Shown here: positions 18,335 to 28,192 of the stretch, one piece after another | How positions within the stretch are numbered: the first letter of the stretch is position 1 | Layout: every line of letters starts with the position of its first letter | Assembly: GCA_016184305.1 (NCBI GenBank) | Contig: JACPCX010000162.1 | Span: 1-32,482 of the forward strand | Reading direction: 5' to 3' | Source: Candidatus Rokuibacteriota bacterium | GTDB taxonomy: Bacteria; Methylomirabilota; Methylomirabilia; Rokubacteriales; CSP1-6 | Length of the DNA stretch: 32,482 bases | Notes under the pieces: generated by a model | What the model was told of the DNA's origin: nothing | Databases searched by the model: none | Seen by the model: the letters and a program-made list of their open reading frames with translations, nothing else | Made by a program: the position numbers and the translations under genes

Positions 18335-19522
18335 TCATGGAGCGTCGTTCAGGGCGGCGATGCCCGGCAGCACGCGGCCCTCCAGGAACTCGAGGAACGC
18401 GCCGCCGGCCGTCGAGATGTACCCGACCTTGTCGGTCACCCCGGCGGCCTGGGCCGCGGCAATGGTGTCGCCGCCGCCGATCACCGAGAACGCCCCGCAT
18501 CTCACCACGGCCCGGCCGACCTCCACCGTGCCCGCGGCAAAGGGCTCCTGCTCGAACACCCCCATGGGCCCGTTCCAGACGACGGTGGCCGCTCCCTTCA
18601 GCGCTTCGCTGAACTGGAGAACCGTGGCCGGGCCGATGTCGAGCCCCATCAGATCGGCAGGGATCTCCCTGATGCCGACGGTGCGGATGCCCTCCCGGCT
18701 GTCGACCCCGCGCGCAGCGACAACGTCCACCGGGAGCCGCACCTTCACGCCGCGGGCCCGTGCGCGGTCGAGCGCGGCGCGGGCCGCCTCGATCCGATGC
18801 GGCTCCAGCAGCGACCGGCCGACCCCGTGGCCCAGCGAGGCGAGGAAGGTGAAGGCCATGCCGCCGCCGATGAGGAGGCCGTCGACCCGGTCGAGCAGGC
18901 TCTGGACCAGGGGGAGCTTGTCGGACACCTTGGCGCCGCCGAGGAGGGCAATCACCGGGCGCTGGGGCTGCTCGAAGATGCGTCCGAGCGCGGCCAGCTC
19001 GCGGCTCATGAGCAGGCCCGCGGCCGCGGGCGAGAGGAAGCGCGTGATGGCTTCGATCGAGGCGTGGGCCCGGTGGGCCGCGGCGAAGGCATCGTTGACG
19101 TAGACTGCCGCGAGGGCGGCGAGCCCGCGGGCAAACGCCTCGTCGTTTGCCTCCTCCTCGGCGTGGAAGCGCAGGTTCTCGAGGAGCAGGACCTGCCCCG
19201 GTCCGAGCGCCCGCGCCAGCGCCTCCGTCTCGGGACCGATGCAGTCCGGCGCCAGGGGCACCGGCAGTCCAAGGAGCTCTCCGAGCCGCTCTGCCACGGG
19301 CCGCAGGGAAAACGCCGGGTCCGGCTTGCCCTTGGGCCGGCCGAGATGTGACGCGAGCACGACGGCGGCGCCCGCCTTGAGGCAATGCTGCACCGTCGAC
19401 AGCGCCGCCACCATACGCGTGTCATCGCTCACGCGCCCGTCCTTCAGGGGAACATTGAAGTCCACCCGCAGGAAGACGCGCTGCCCCGCGAGGTCGAGCT
19501 GCTCGACGCCGAGCTTGGGCAC
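18335..19522 (-). CDS. pgk: Phosphoglycerate kinase
   Basis: RVDFNVP, SHLGRP, LLENLRF, GGAKVSDK, WNGPMGVFE. Confidence 0.97.
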   Translation of the reverse strand: MPKLGVEQLDLAGQRVFLRVDFNVPLKDGRVSDDTRMVAALSTVQHCLKAGAAVVLASHLGRPKGKPDPAFSLRPVAERLGELLGLPVPLAPDCIGPETEALARALGPGQVLLLENLRFHAEEEANDEAFARGLAALAAVYVNDAFAAAHRAHASIEAITRFLSPAAAGLLMSRELAALGRIFEQPQRPVIALLGGAKVSDKLPLVQSLLDRVDGLLIGGGMAFTFLASLGHGVGRSLLEPHRIEAARAALDRARARGVKVRLPVDVVAARGVDSREGIRTVGIREIPADLMGLDIGPATVLQFSEALKGAATVVWNGPMGVFEQEPFAAGTVEVGRAVVRCGAFSVIGGGDTIAAAQAAGVTDKVGYISTAGGAFLEFLEGRVLPGIAALNDAP

Positions 19523-19523
19523 G

Positions 19524-20567
<1,044 letters not shown>

Positions 20568-20594
20568 CTACTTCGGCCTTTTGCCCGGCTCACC

Positions 20595-20624
20595 ATTATA
20601 TCGGGCAGTGGCGGGCTGGCGCAA
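20595..20624 (-). promoter_or_regulatory. Putative sigma70 promoter of the gap operon
   Basis: Minus strand TTGCGC-N18-TATAAT (perfect -10) in the comF-gap spacer. Confidence 0.65.
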
Positions 20625-20653
20625 GGTCGCGGGCTGCGCCCTGCCGGCCCCCG

Positions 20654-21448
20654 CTACACCACCCGGGCGACCGTCACCACCCCGACGGTGGCTGCGCCGG
20701 CATCCCTCAGCAGGGCCGCGCATTCGCCTGCGGTGGCCCCGGTGGTCATGATGTCGTCGACCAGCAGCACATGGCGCCCGACGACGACGTCCGGCCGCCC
20801 GAGCGTGAAGGCCCCTCGCACATTGGCGCGCCGATCCTCCGCGCCCAGATCGGTCTGAGGCAAGGTGGCCGCGGCTCGGGCGAGCACGTCGTCGCGAACC
20901 GGAACGCCCCAGGCGGTCCCCACCCGCCGGGCCAGCAACCGCGACTGGTTGAAGCCGCGCTCACGCTCCCGCCGGCGATGGAGCGGGACCGGCAGGAGCA
21001 GGTCCACCCCCGGGACAGGAAGCACGGCCGCCGTCTCGGCCAGCAGGTCGCCCAGCGGCGCAGCAAGCGCCCGCCGCCCGCCAAACTTGAACGCGAGGAT
21101 GGCCTCGCGGACCACATCCCCGTAGCGTGCCGCCGCCCGCGCATACGAGTAGGAGGGAGGGTGCGCCCGGCAGGGGCCGCAGAGGGGGACAGCAGGCAGT
21201 CCACCCATGCGCCCCGGCCCTTCGGGGAAGACCCCGAAGGGCCTCCCGCACACCCGGCACACCGGTGGCGGGATACGCTCCAGGTGCTCCCAGCAGGCCC
21301 CGCAGAGCGGGTCACGGCGGCCGGCGTCGAGCCGGACCCGGCACACGGGGCAGAATGGGGGAAAGAGCAGGTCGACGGCGGTGATGATCCAGCCGCGCCA
21401 GCCCGCGCGCGTGCCGAAGAGAGTCGCTACGGCCTGAGGGTGTTCCAC
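20654..21448 (-). CDS. comF: ComF family protein (double zinc ribbon plus PRTase domain); start uncertain (GTG 21448 or 21520)
   Basis: LLFPPFCPVC, LCGAC, CRVCG, PVPLH..R.RERGFNQS, LLVDDIMTTGAT. Confidence 0.88.
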   Translation of the reverse strand: MEHPQAVATLFGTRAGWRGWIITAVDLLFPPFCPVCRVRLDAGRRDPLCGACWEHLERIPPPVCRVCGRPFGVFPEGPGRMGGLPAVPLCGPCRAHPPSYSYARAAARYGDVVREAILAFKFGGRRALAAPLGDLLAETAAVLPVPGVDLLLPVPLHRRRERERGFNQSRLLARRVGTAWGVPVRDDVLARAAATLPQTDLGAEDRRANVRGAFTLGRPDVVVGRHVLLVDDIMTTGATAGECAALLRDAGAATVGVVTVARVV

Positions 21449-22713
21449 TGGCGGCACGCTGGGCACCGGTCCACCCACCGGACGCTCGTGGTGCCGCAGG
21501 CTCCGCAACGATGTGGCCACTCGAAGCTCGCCGTCGAGCGGAGCGCCCGCCGGTACTCCTCGAAGGCCTCCGGCACCTGCCCGCGCCGCTCGAAGACCGC
21601 TCCCAGGTAGGCATGGATGGTGGGCAGGTCAGGGGCCCGCACCTCGATCTTCTGGAACTGGTCGGCCGCCTCATCGAGCATGGACAGCTCGAAGTACACG
21701 CGCGCGAGACTGAGCGCCACCGCAAGATTGTCGGGGACCCGCGCCGCCACCTGCTGGTACAGGGCAATCATCTTCGTGGGGCGGCCGTCGGCGCGGTAGC
21801 GCTGCTCGACCCGGGCGAGCAGCGGCAGAGCGGGCTGCCGCTCGAGCCCGCGCTCCCAGACGCGAAGGGCTTGGGCGGAGTCCCCCGCCCTGAGGTGCGC
21901 GTCGCCAAGCGCCAGGAGCGCCGGGAGGAAATCGGGCTGGCCCCGAAGAGCCTCGCGGAATTCCACCACGGCGGCCGGCACGTCCCCCTCGGCCAGCCGG
22001 GACTGTCCCTGCTCGTAGTGGATGCCCGCCAATCGCGTCTGCTCCTCTTGCCGCTCCTCGCCCGCCACGTGACGGAGCAGCCGCTCCTGGGCGGGAAGGG
22101 CGTCGGCCCAGCGGCCGAGCTCCACGCTGAGATCACGAAGAGCGCGGAGCGCCGTCAGGTGGTCTGGGTCACGTGCGAGCACGTCGCGGTGGATCTCCAG
22201 GGCGTCGTCGGGCCGGCCAGCCCGGCGATACGCCTCCGCAGCGGCCAGGAGGGTCTCGGGTCGCTCATCCGCCCTGAGGGCCTGCAGCTGATGCGCGAGC
22301 GCGCCCTGCTCGTCCCCGCGCCGCCGTGCGAGCTCGGCCAGCCGCGCGTGGACCTCGGCGTAGCCGGGCTCCCTGCGCAAGAGCTCCTCGTAGGCGGCCT
22401 GCGCCTCGACCCACCTCCCCGCGAGCTGGGCATCGAGGCCCTCATGATAGCGCTCGCTGAGCGTGGCGTCCCGCCGGGCGTCCCGGGCGGTCTCGTGGTC
22501 CCGGTAGGCGCGACTCAGGTCGCGCACGACGCCGAGGATGATGGCCAGCGCCGCCCCCAGGAGGAACGCCCCGAGGACCAGCGCCATGAGGGGGACGTCG
22601 TAGCCCCACTCGGGCCCGAGAGTGAGATGGGCCCGGGGGGTGTTGAGCGAGGTCCAATACGCGACGAGAACTCCGAACAGCAGGAGGAGGACGAGACCGA
22701 GGCGGATCGGCAC
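21427..22713 (-). CDS. LapA/LapB(YciM)-like membrane TPR protein with C-terminal rubredoxin-like domain
   Basis: Two N-terminal hydrophobic segments, many TPR-like helices, C-terminal CGACG...W..RCPACRQWNT. Confidence 0.78.
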   Translation of the reverse strand: MPIRLGLVLLLLFGVLVAYWTSLNTPRAHLTLGPEWGYDVPLMALVLGAFLLGAALAIILGVVRDLSRAYRDHETARDARRDATLSERYHEGLDAQLAGRWVEAQAAYEELLRREPGYAEVHARLAELARRRGDEQGALAHQLQALRADERPETLLAAAEAYRRAGRPDDALEIHRDVLARDPDHLTALRALRDLSVELGRWADALPAQERLLRHVAGEERQEEQTRLAGIHYEQGQSRLAEGDVPAAVVEFREALRGQPDFLPALLALGDAHLRAGDSAQALRVWERGLERQPALPLLARVEQRYRADGRPTKMIALYQQVAARVPDNLAVALSLARVYFELSMLDEAADQFQKIEVRAPDLPTIHAYLGAVFERRGQVPEAFEEYRRALRSTASFEWPHRCGACGTTSVRWVDRCPACRQWNTLRP

Positions 22714-22737
22714 GGAAGCGACGCCTTGCTGCGCGTC

Positions 22738-23103
22738 CTAGCCTGCCGCAGTCCGTTCTTCTTCCTCGACCGCCCGCTGACAGGTGATGCAGTAGCGGGC
22801 AAAGGGCAGGGCCTCGAGCCGCTTCTCGGCGACGACCTCCCCGCACCGCTCGCAGGACCCGAACCCGCCCTCGTCGAGCTTCTGAAGAGCCGAGACCACC
22901 TCTTTCAGCAGTCGCCGGTCGCCGTTGCCCAGCTCGAACAAAAACTCGCGGTTGTACGCGCTCGAGGCCTGGTCCCCCAGGTCCTTGGTGGAGTCGTCGT
23001 CGGGACCCTTGGCGTAGAGCACGGTCTTCCCGACCCCCTCGACGAGCTGGCGATGCTTCTCCTCCAGCTTCTTCCGGAAATGGGCCAGACGTTCCTTCCT
23101 CAT
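22738..23103 (-). CDS. dksA: DksA/TraR family C4 zinc-finger protein
   Basis: ATG 23103 after AAGGAGG; coiled-coil tip DLGDQA (DxxDxA), CERCGE...RLEALP.ARYCITC. Confidence 0.87.
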   Translation of the reverse strand: MRKERLAHFRKKLEEKHRQLVEGVGKTVLYAKGPDDDSTKDLGDQASSAYNREFLFELGNGDRRLLKEVVSALQKLDEGGFGSCERCGEVVAEKRLEALPFARYCITCQRAVEEEERTAAG

Positions 23104-23158
23104 CTCCGCCTCCTTGAAAAACCTGACAATACCGCGGGCGGTCCCGCGATAGTGGCGC

Positions 23159-23187
23159 AGGCTACCATGGCTCCCAAAGGAACGCAA
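23159..23187 (-). promoter_or_regulatory. Possible sigma70 promoter for the dksA-like gene
   Basis: Minus strand TTGCGT-N17-TAGCCT with extended TG. Confidence 0.4.
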
Positions 23188-23209
23188 CCCGGTCGAAGCC
23201 GCCCCGGGC

Positions 23210-23566
23210 TCAGGAGCCTTCGACGGAGAGCAGGGGGGCGTCGCCCCACAGGCGCTCGAGCGCGTAGAACTCGCGTGTCGCCTCGGCGAAGACGTGCACG
23301 ACCACGTCGCCGTAGTCCAGGAGGAGCCAGCCGCTTTTCGCGGTGCCCTCCCGGTGGCGCGCCCGCACTCCAGCCGCCTTGAGCGCCGCCTGGATGGCGT
23401 CGGCGATGGTGTCGATCTGTATGCTCGACTGCGCGCTGCAGACCAGGAAAAAGTCGGCGACACCGGAGATGCCCTGGAGGTCGAGGACCGCGACACCCGC
23501 GGCCTTCTTCTCGAGGGCGGCGCGAGCAGCGAGACGGACGGTGTGCTCGGACGAGGTGGAAGCCAT
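23210..23566 (-). CDS. rsfS: Ribosome silencing factor RsfS
   Basis: EKKA..V.VLDL, ADFFLVCS, WLLLDYGDVVVHVF...REFYALERLWGDA; follows nadD. Confidence 0.95.
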   Translation of the reverse strand: MASTSSEHTVRLAARAALEKKAAGVAVLDLQGISGVADFFLVCSAQSSIQIDTIADAIQAALKAAGVRARHREGTAKSGWLLLDYGDVVVHVFAEATREFYALERLWGDAPLLSVEGS

Positions 23567-24210
23567 CAACCCTCCTGGCGGTACAGTCGGTGGTCACGGA
23601 TGTAGGCGGCCACGGAGGCCGGCATGCGGAAGGCGAGACTCCGGCCCTCGCAGGCGCGGCGCCTCAGGTCCGAGGCCGAGATCGGCAGGGAGGCCGCCTC
23701 CACGAGCACCGGCGCCTCGGGACACCCCGGCGCCGCTTCCGGACGGACGAATCCCTCGAGCCCCAGCTCGCGCAGCACTTTCTGCGAGGCCGGGGCGTCG
23801 GGATCGAACGCCTTCCCACTCCGCGGCACCACCACCAGCCGGGCCAGCTCCGCCACGGTCCGCGGATCCTTCCAGGTGAGCAAGTCGAGGAACGTCTCCG
23901 ACCCGATGACGAGACAGAGATCGCCGCGGGGCCCGAGCGCCTGGAGCGTATCCACCGTGTAGGACGGGCCGCGCCGCCGGAACTCCACGTCGGAGACCTC
24001 GAACTGCGGGTGCTCGCGCACCGCGAGCTCGGTCATGGCGAAGCGATCGGCGGCCGGGGCCAGCTCCCCGGCGGGCTTATGCGGGGGCACGGAGGCCGGG
24101 ACGAAGAGCATGCGGTCCAGCTCGAGGAACTCGCAGATCTCGTCGGCGATGAGCAGGTGGCCGAAGTGGATGGGGTTGAAGGTGCCCCCGAACACCCCGA
24201 CGCGAGGCAA
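23566..24210 (-). CDS. nadD: Nicotinate-nucleotide adenylyltransferase
   Basis: TTG 24210; GVFGGTFNPIHFGHL, PPHK, PSYTVDTL, ISASDLR. Confidence 0.93.
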   Translation of the reverse strand: MPRVGVFGGTFNPIHFGHLLIADEICEFLELDRMLFVPASVPPHKPAGELAPAADRFAMTELAVREHPQFEVSDVEFRRRGPSYTVDTLQALGPRGDLCLVIGSETFLDLLTWKDPRTVAELARLVVVPRSGKAFDPDAPASQKVLRELGLEGFVRPEAAPGCPEAPVLVEAASLPISASDLRRRACEGRSLAFRMPASVAAYIRDHRLYRQEG

Positions 24211-24217
24211 CGCCCGG

Positions 24218-25421
24218 CTACTCCCGAGTCTGCCCGTCGCCGAACACGACGAACTTCGTAGTGGTGAGCTCGCGAACGCCCACCGGGCCCCGCGCGTGGA
24301 GCCTGGACGTGGAGATACCCATCTCCGCTCCCATGCCGAACTGAGATCCGTCCACAAGCGCGCGCTCGGCGGAGGTCGGAGGTCACGATGGCTTCCGCGA
24401 GCCCCGAGCCGTGACGGCGGATATGCGCCATGGCCTCATCGAGGCTGTCGACCACCTTCACGGCGACGATCGAGTCGAGGTACTCCGTGTCCCAGTCGGA
24501 CTCCTCGGCCACTCGGGCCGCCGGCACGAAGGCTCGCGTGCGCTCGTCGCCGCGTATCTCCACACCCGCCTCCCCGAGCCGCGCCGCCACCACCGGCAGG
24601 TAGCGGGGCGCGATCGCCGCGTGCACGAGCAGCGTCTCCATGGCGTTGCAGACGCTCACGCGGTGGGCCTTGGCGTTGACGGCGATGGCCACGGCCATGT
24701 CGAGATCGGCGCCCTCGTCCACGAACACATGGCACAGGCCCTTGTCGTGCTTGAGCACGGGCACCGTCGCGCGCTCGTTCACGACCCGGACGAGCTCCTC
24801 CCCGCCCCGGGGGATGATGAGGTCCACGTAGCGGTCGAGCGTCAGCAGCGCCATGACGGCCGCGCGGTCCGGCGTGTCCACGTACTGGATCACGTCGGCC
24901 GGCAGGCCCGCCTTCTCCACGGATTTGGCGAGGAGCTGAGCAATCACCGTGTTGGACTCGATCGCCTCGCTGCCGCCGCGCAGCACCACGGCGTTGCCCG
25001 ACTTGAGGCAGAGCGCCGCCGCGTCGGCAGTCACGTTCGGGCGGGACTCGTAGATGAAGCCGATCACGCCCAGCGGCACCCGCACGCGCGAGATCTCCAG
25101 GCCATTGGGCCGGCGCCACGTCTCCACCACCTCGCCCACGGGGTCGGGGAGTGCGGCGACCTGGCGGACACCGGTGGCCATCTCCTCGATGCGGCCGTCC
25201 GTCAGCGTGAGGCGGTCCACGAAGGCCCGCGTGAGGCCCTTGGAGCGGGCGTGGGCAAGGTCGGCCCGGTTGGCCTCGAGGATCGTGGCAGCCTTCTCCT
25301 CCAGCCCCCGGGCCATCTGGGTCAGGACCTCGTTCTTGGTCCGTGTTGGAGCCAGCGCGAGCACCCGCGACGCCTCCTTGGCGGCGCGCGCCTTGGCTTG
25401 CACCCTTGCCGCGATGTCCAT
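24218..25421 (-). pseudogene. proA: Gamma-glutamyl phosphate reductase, frameshifted by an internal deletion near 24360
   Basis: VPLGVIGFIYESRPNVT and CNAMETLL in one frame up to TSDLRRAR. The conserved tail [46 protein letters not shown] is in another frame, ending TAG at 24218. Confidence 0.88.
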
Positions 25422-25444
25422 GCTGTGTCCTCCCGCGCGCCCGC

Positions 25445-26569
25445 TCAGAGCACCACCAGGTTGTCCCGGTGGATCACCTCACCGACGCCCTTGTAGCCCA
25501 GCGTCTTCTCGATCTCCGCGGTCTTGACCCCGCGGAGCTTCCGCAGCTCCGTGGCATCGTAGTTCACGAGCCCTCGCGCGAACTCCCCTGAGCCGACTTC
25601 GCCGAGACTGACGACATCACCGGCCTGGAACTCGCCGGTCACGCCGACCAGCCCCGAGGGCAGGAGGCTCTTGCCCCTCTCAGTTAAGGCCTTCTTCGCT
25701 CCCGCGTCAACCGTCAGACACCCCTGCGGCGGCACGGCGAAGGCGATCCACCGTTTCCGCGCCGCCAGCCGGTCACCGCGCGGCTGGAAGTAGGTGCCGA
25801 GCGCTTCGCCGCCGAGGAGCCGCCCGAGTACTCCGGGCTCCCGCCCACTGGCGATGACCATCGCGATGCCCGAGGCAACCGCCTTCTGGGCGGCCTCGAG
25901 CTTCGTGCTCATGCCGCCCACGGAGACGCCCGCTGTCCCGTCGTAGACGAGGCGCTGGATGCCCTCCGTGATCGCCTCCACGGTCTCCACCCGCCGCGCC
26001 GTGGGATCGCGCCGCGGATCCGCCGTGTAGAGCCCATCCACGTCCGTGAGAAGCACCAGGAGATCGGCGTCGATCAGGTGGGCCACCAGGGCGGCGAGAT
26101 TGTCATTGTCGCCCACCTTGATCTCGTCCACGGCGACCGTGTCGTTCTCGTTCACGATGGGCACGACCCCGAAGCTGAGGAGCGTCAAGAGCGTGTTCCG
26201 CGCGTTGAGGTAGCGCGAGCGGTCGCTGATGTCCTGGCCCGTCAGGAGCACCTGGCCCACGTGCAGGCCGTGCTTCTTGAACGCGTGCTCGTAGTGCCAC
26301 ATGAGCGCGGACTGCCCGACGGCCGCCGCCGCCTGCTTCTCGGGGATACTGCGCGGGCGCGCCGGGAGCCCGAGGCGGGCCATGCCCGTCACGATGGCGC
26401 CGGAGGTGACCAGGGCGACCTCGCGGCGGCCCGCCACCACGCTGGCGATGTCAGCGGCCAGCGTCGCGATCCGCCGGCCGTCGGGGCCCTGCCCGGGAAC
26501 GGTGATGAGCCCGCTGCCGACCTTGACCACCAGCCGCCGCGTACGGGTCAGGGTGCGGCGGGCACCCAC
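25445..26569 (-). CDS. proB: Glutamate 5-kinase
   Basis: VVKVGSG, KQAAAAVGQ, PIVNENDTV, GDNDNLAA, GGMSTKL, C-terminal PUA domain. Confidence 0.96.
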   Translation of the reverse strand: MGARRTLTRTRRLVVKVGSGLITVPGQGPDGRRIATLAADIASVVAGRREVALVTSGAIVTGMARLGLPARPRSIPEKQAAAAVGQSALMWHYEHAFKKHGLHVGQVLLTGQDISDRSRYLNARNTLLTLLSFGVVPIVNENDTVAVDEIKVGDNDNLAALVAHLIDADLLVLLTDVDGLYTADPRRDPTARRVETVEAITEGIQRLVYDGTAGVSVGGMSTKLEAAQKAVASGIAMVIASGREPGVLGRLLGGEALGTYFQPRGDRLAARKRWIAFAVPPQGCLTVDAGAKKALTERGKSLLPSGLVGVTGEFQAGDVVSLGEVGSGEFARGLVNYDATELRKLRGVKTAEIEKTLGYKGVGEVIHRDNLVVL

Positions 26570-27567
26570 TCGGCGCTCCTGAGCCGTGCCGCCAGGTCGC
26601 GAACCAGGGCCTCGAGGCCGAGCCCCGTCACGGACGAGATGGCGTGAAACACGATGCCGCGCTCCTTGCAGAACCGCTCGAGGACCTGTCGGCGGTCCTC
26701 GGCCCCGGGGAGCTCGGCCTTGCTGCCGGCGACCACCTGCGGCCGCGTCGCCAGCGCCTCGGAGTAGGCGCGAAGCTCGTGCTGGATGGCGTGGTAATCG
26801 TCGACGGGATCCCGCCCGTTGGAGGGGTCGAGGTCGATCAGGTGGATCAGGAGCCGCGTGCGCTCCGTGTGCCGGAGGAAGCGGATCCCGAGCCCCTTGC
26901 CCTCCGCGGCCCCGGGGATGAGCCCGGGGAGGTCGGCGATCACGAAGGCCGCGCCCTCGCCCACGCGGACGATGCCGAGGTTGGGCTGGAGCGTCGTGAA
27001 GGGATAGTCGGCGATCTTCGGTGTGGCGGCAGACAGCCGGGACACGAGCGTGGACTTGCCGGCGTTCGGGAATCCGATCACTCCCACATCGGCCAGCAGC
27101 TTGAGCTCCATGTGGATCCAGCGCTCGTCGCCGGCGCGTCCGAGATCGGCCCGGCGTGGCGCCCGGTTGGTCGAGGTGACGAAGCGGGCGTTCCCGCGGC
27201 CGCCGCGCGCCCCGCGCGCAACGATCAGATGCTGCCCCGGCGCGGTCAGGTCGCCGAGCCGCTCGCCGGTGTCCCGGTCGGATACGACGGTGCCGAGCGG
27301 AACGCGCAGCACGATGTCCTCTCCGCTCTTCCCGTGGCGGTTCGCGCCCTTGCCGTGCAGGCCGCGCTGGGCGTAGTAGTGGCGCTGGTAGTGAAAGTCC
27401 AGGAGAGTGGTGATGGAGGGGTCGGCGTCGAGGACCACGCTGCCCCCGTCGCCCCCGTCGCCGCCGTCAGGGCCGCCCCGGGGAACGAACTTCTCGCGGC
27501 GGAAGCTCACACACCCGGCGCCTCCGTCGCCGCCCTTGACGAATACGTCGACTTCGTCAACGAACAT
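26548..27567 (-). CDS. obg: GTPase Obg/CgtA
   Basis: MFVDEV, FRREKFVPRGGPDGGDGG, GFPNAGKSTL, YPFTT, DLPGL. Confidence 0.97.
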   Translation of the reverse strand: MFVDEVDVFVKGGDGGAGCVSFRREKFVPRGGPDGGDGGDGGSVVLDADPSITTLLDFHYQRHYYAQRGLHGKGANRHGKSGEDIVLRVPLGTVVSDRDTGERLGDLTAPGQHLIVARGARGGRGNARFVTSTNRAPRRADLGRAGDERWIHMELKLLADVGVIGFPNAGKSTLVSRLSAATPKIADYPFTTLQPNLGIVRVGEGAAFVIADLPGLIPGAAEGKGLGIRFLRHTERTRLLIHLIDLDPSNGRDPVDDYHAIQHELRAYSEALATRPQVVAGSKAELPGAEDRRQVLERFCKERGIVFHAISSVTGLGLEALVRDLAARLRSAEWVPAAP

Positions 27568-27594
27568 GGCGTGCCCCGGAGGCCCCGGGGTGGA

Positions 27595-27852
27595 TCAGGC
27601 GGGCTGCTGGGCAATGCTGACGAACTTGTCGTCGCGCCTGCGCCCGAAGCGAACGTAGCCGTCGGTCTTCGCGAACAGGGTGTGATCCACGCCGAGGCCG
27701 ACGTTCTCGCCCGGCTTGAAGCGCGTGCCACGCTGCCGGACCAGAATGCTGCCGGCCGTCACGAACTGACCGCCGAAGCGTTTCACCCCCAGCATCTGGG
27801 GGTTCGAGTCGCGACCGTTCCTCGAGCTGCCGACACCCTTCTTGTGCGCCAT
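27595..27852 (-). CDS. rpmA: 50S ribosomal protein L27
   Basis: [16 protein letters not shown]...RQRGT. Confidence 0.98.
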   Translation of the reverse strand: MAHKKGVGSSRNGRDSNPQMLGVKRFGGQFVTAGSILVRQRGTRFKPGENVGLGVDHTLFAKTDGYVRFGRRRDDKFVSIAQQPA

Positions 27853-27856
27853 GAGC

Positions 27857-28168
27857 CTAGACCTCGATCTTCGTGATGCGGACGGCCGTCAGGATCTGCC
27901 GGTGTCCGCGTTTCCGCCGGTAGTTCTTCCGCCGCTTGAACTTGACCACGAGCACCTTGGCGCCCTTCTTCTCCTCCACCACTTCCCCTGTGACCTTCGC
28001 TGACTTGAGCGCCTTGGGCTCCAGGGTGACCTGGCCGTCCTGGGTGACGAGCAGGACGTCCCTGAACTCCACCGCCGTCCCCTTCGTCTGGCCGAGCCGC
28101 TCTACCTTGATGACCTGGCCCGGGGCCACCCGGTACTGCTTCCCGCCCGTCGCGATAACCGCTTCCAT
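27857..28168 (-). CDS. rplU: 50S ribosomal protein L21
   Basis: [24 protein letters not shown]. Confidence 0.98.
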   Translation of the reverse strand: MEAVIATGGKQYRVAPGQVIKVERLGQTKGTAVEFRDVLLVTQDGQVTLEPKALKSAKVTGEVVEEKKGAKVLVVKFKRRKNYRRKRGHRQILTAVRITKIEV

Positions 28169-28192
28169 CGAGTCTTTTCCCTTCCCGCGGCC

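Noticed and set aside
24033..24357. ProA C-terminal extension or ProA-NadD fusion suggested by the ORF track
   Set aside because: Produced by the proA frameshift; the true ProA tail ends at 24218 and nadD starts near 24210
27574..27590. GC hairpin between rpmA and obg as a terminator
   Set aside because: Short stem with no U-tract, inside an apparent operon
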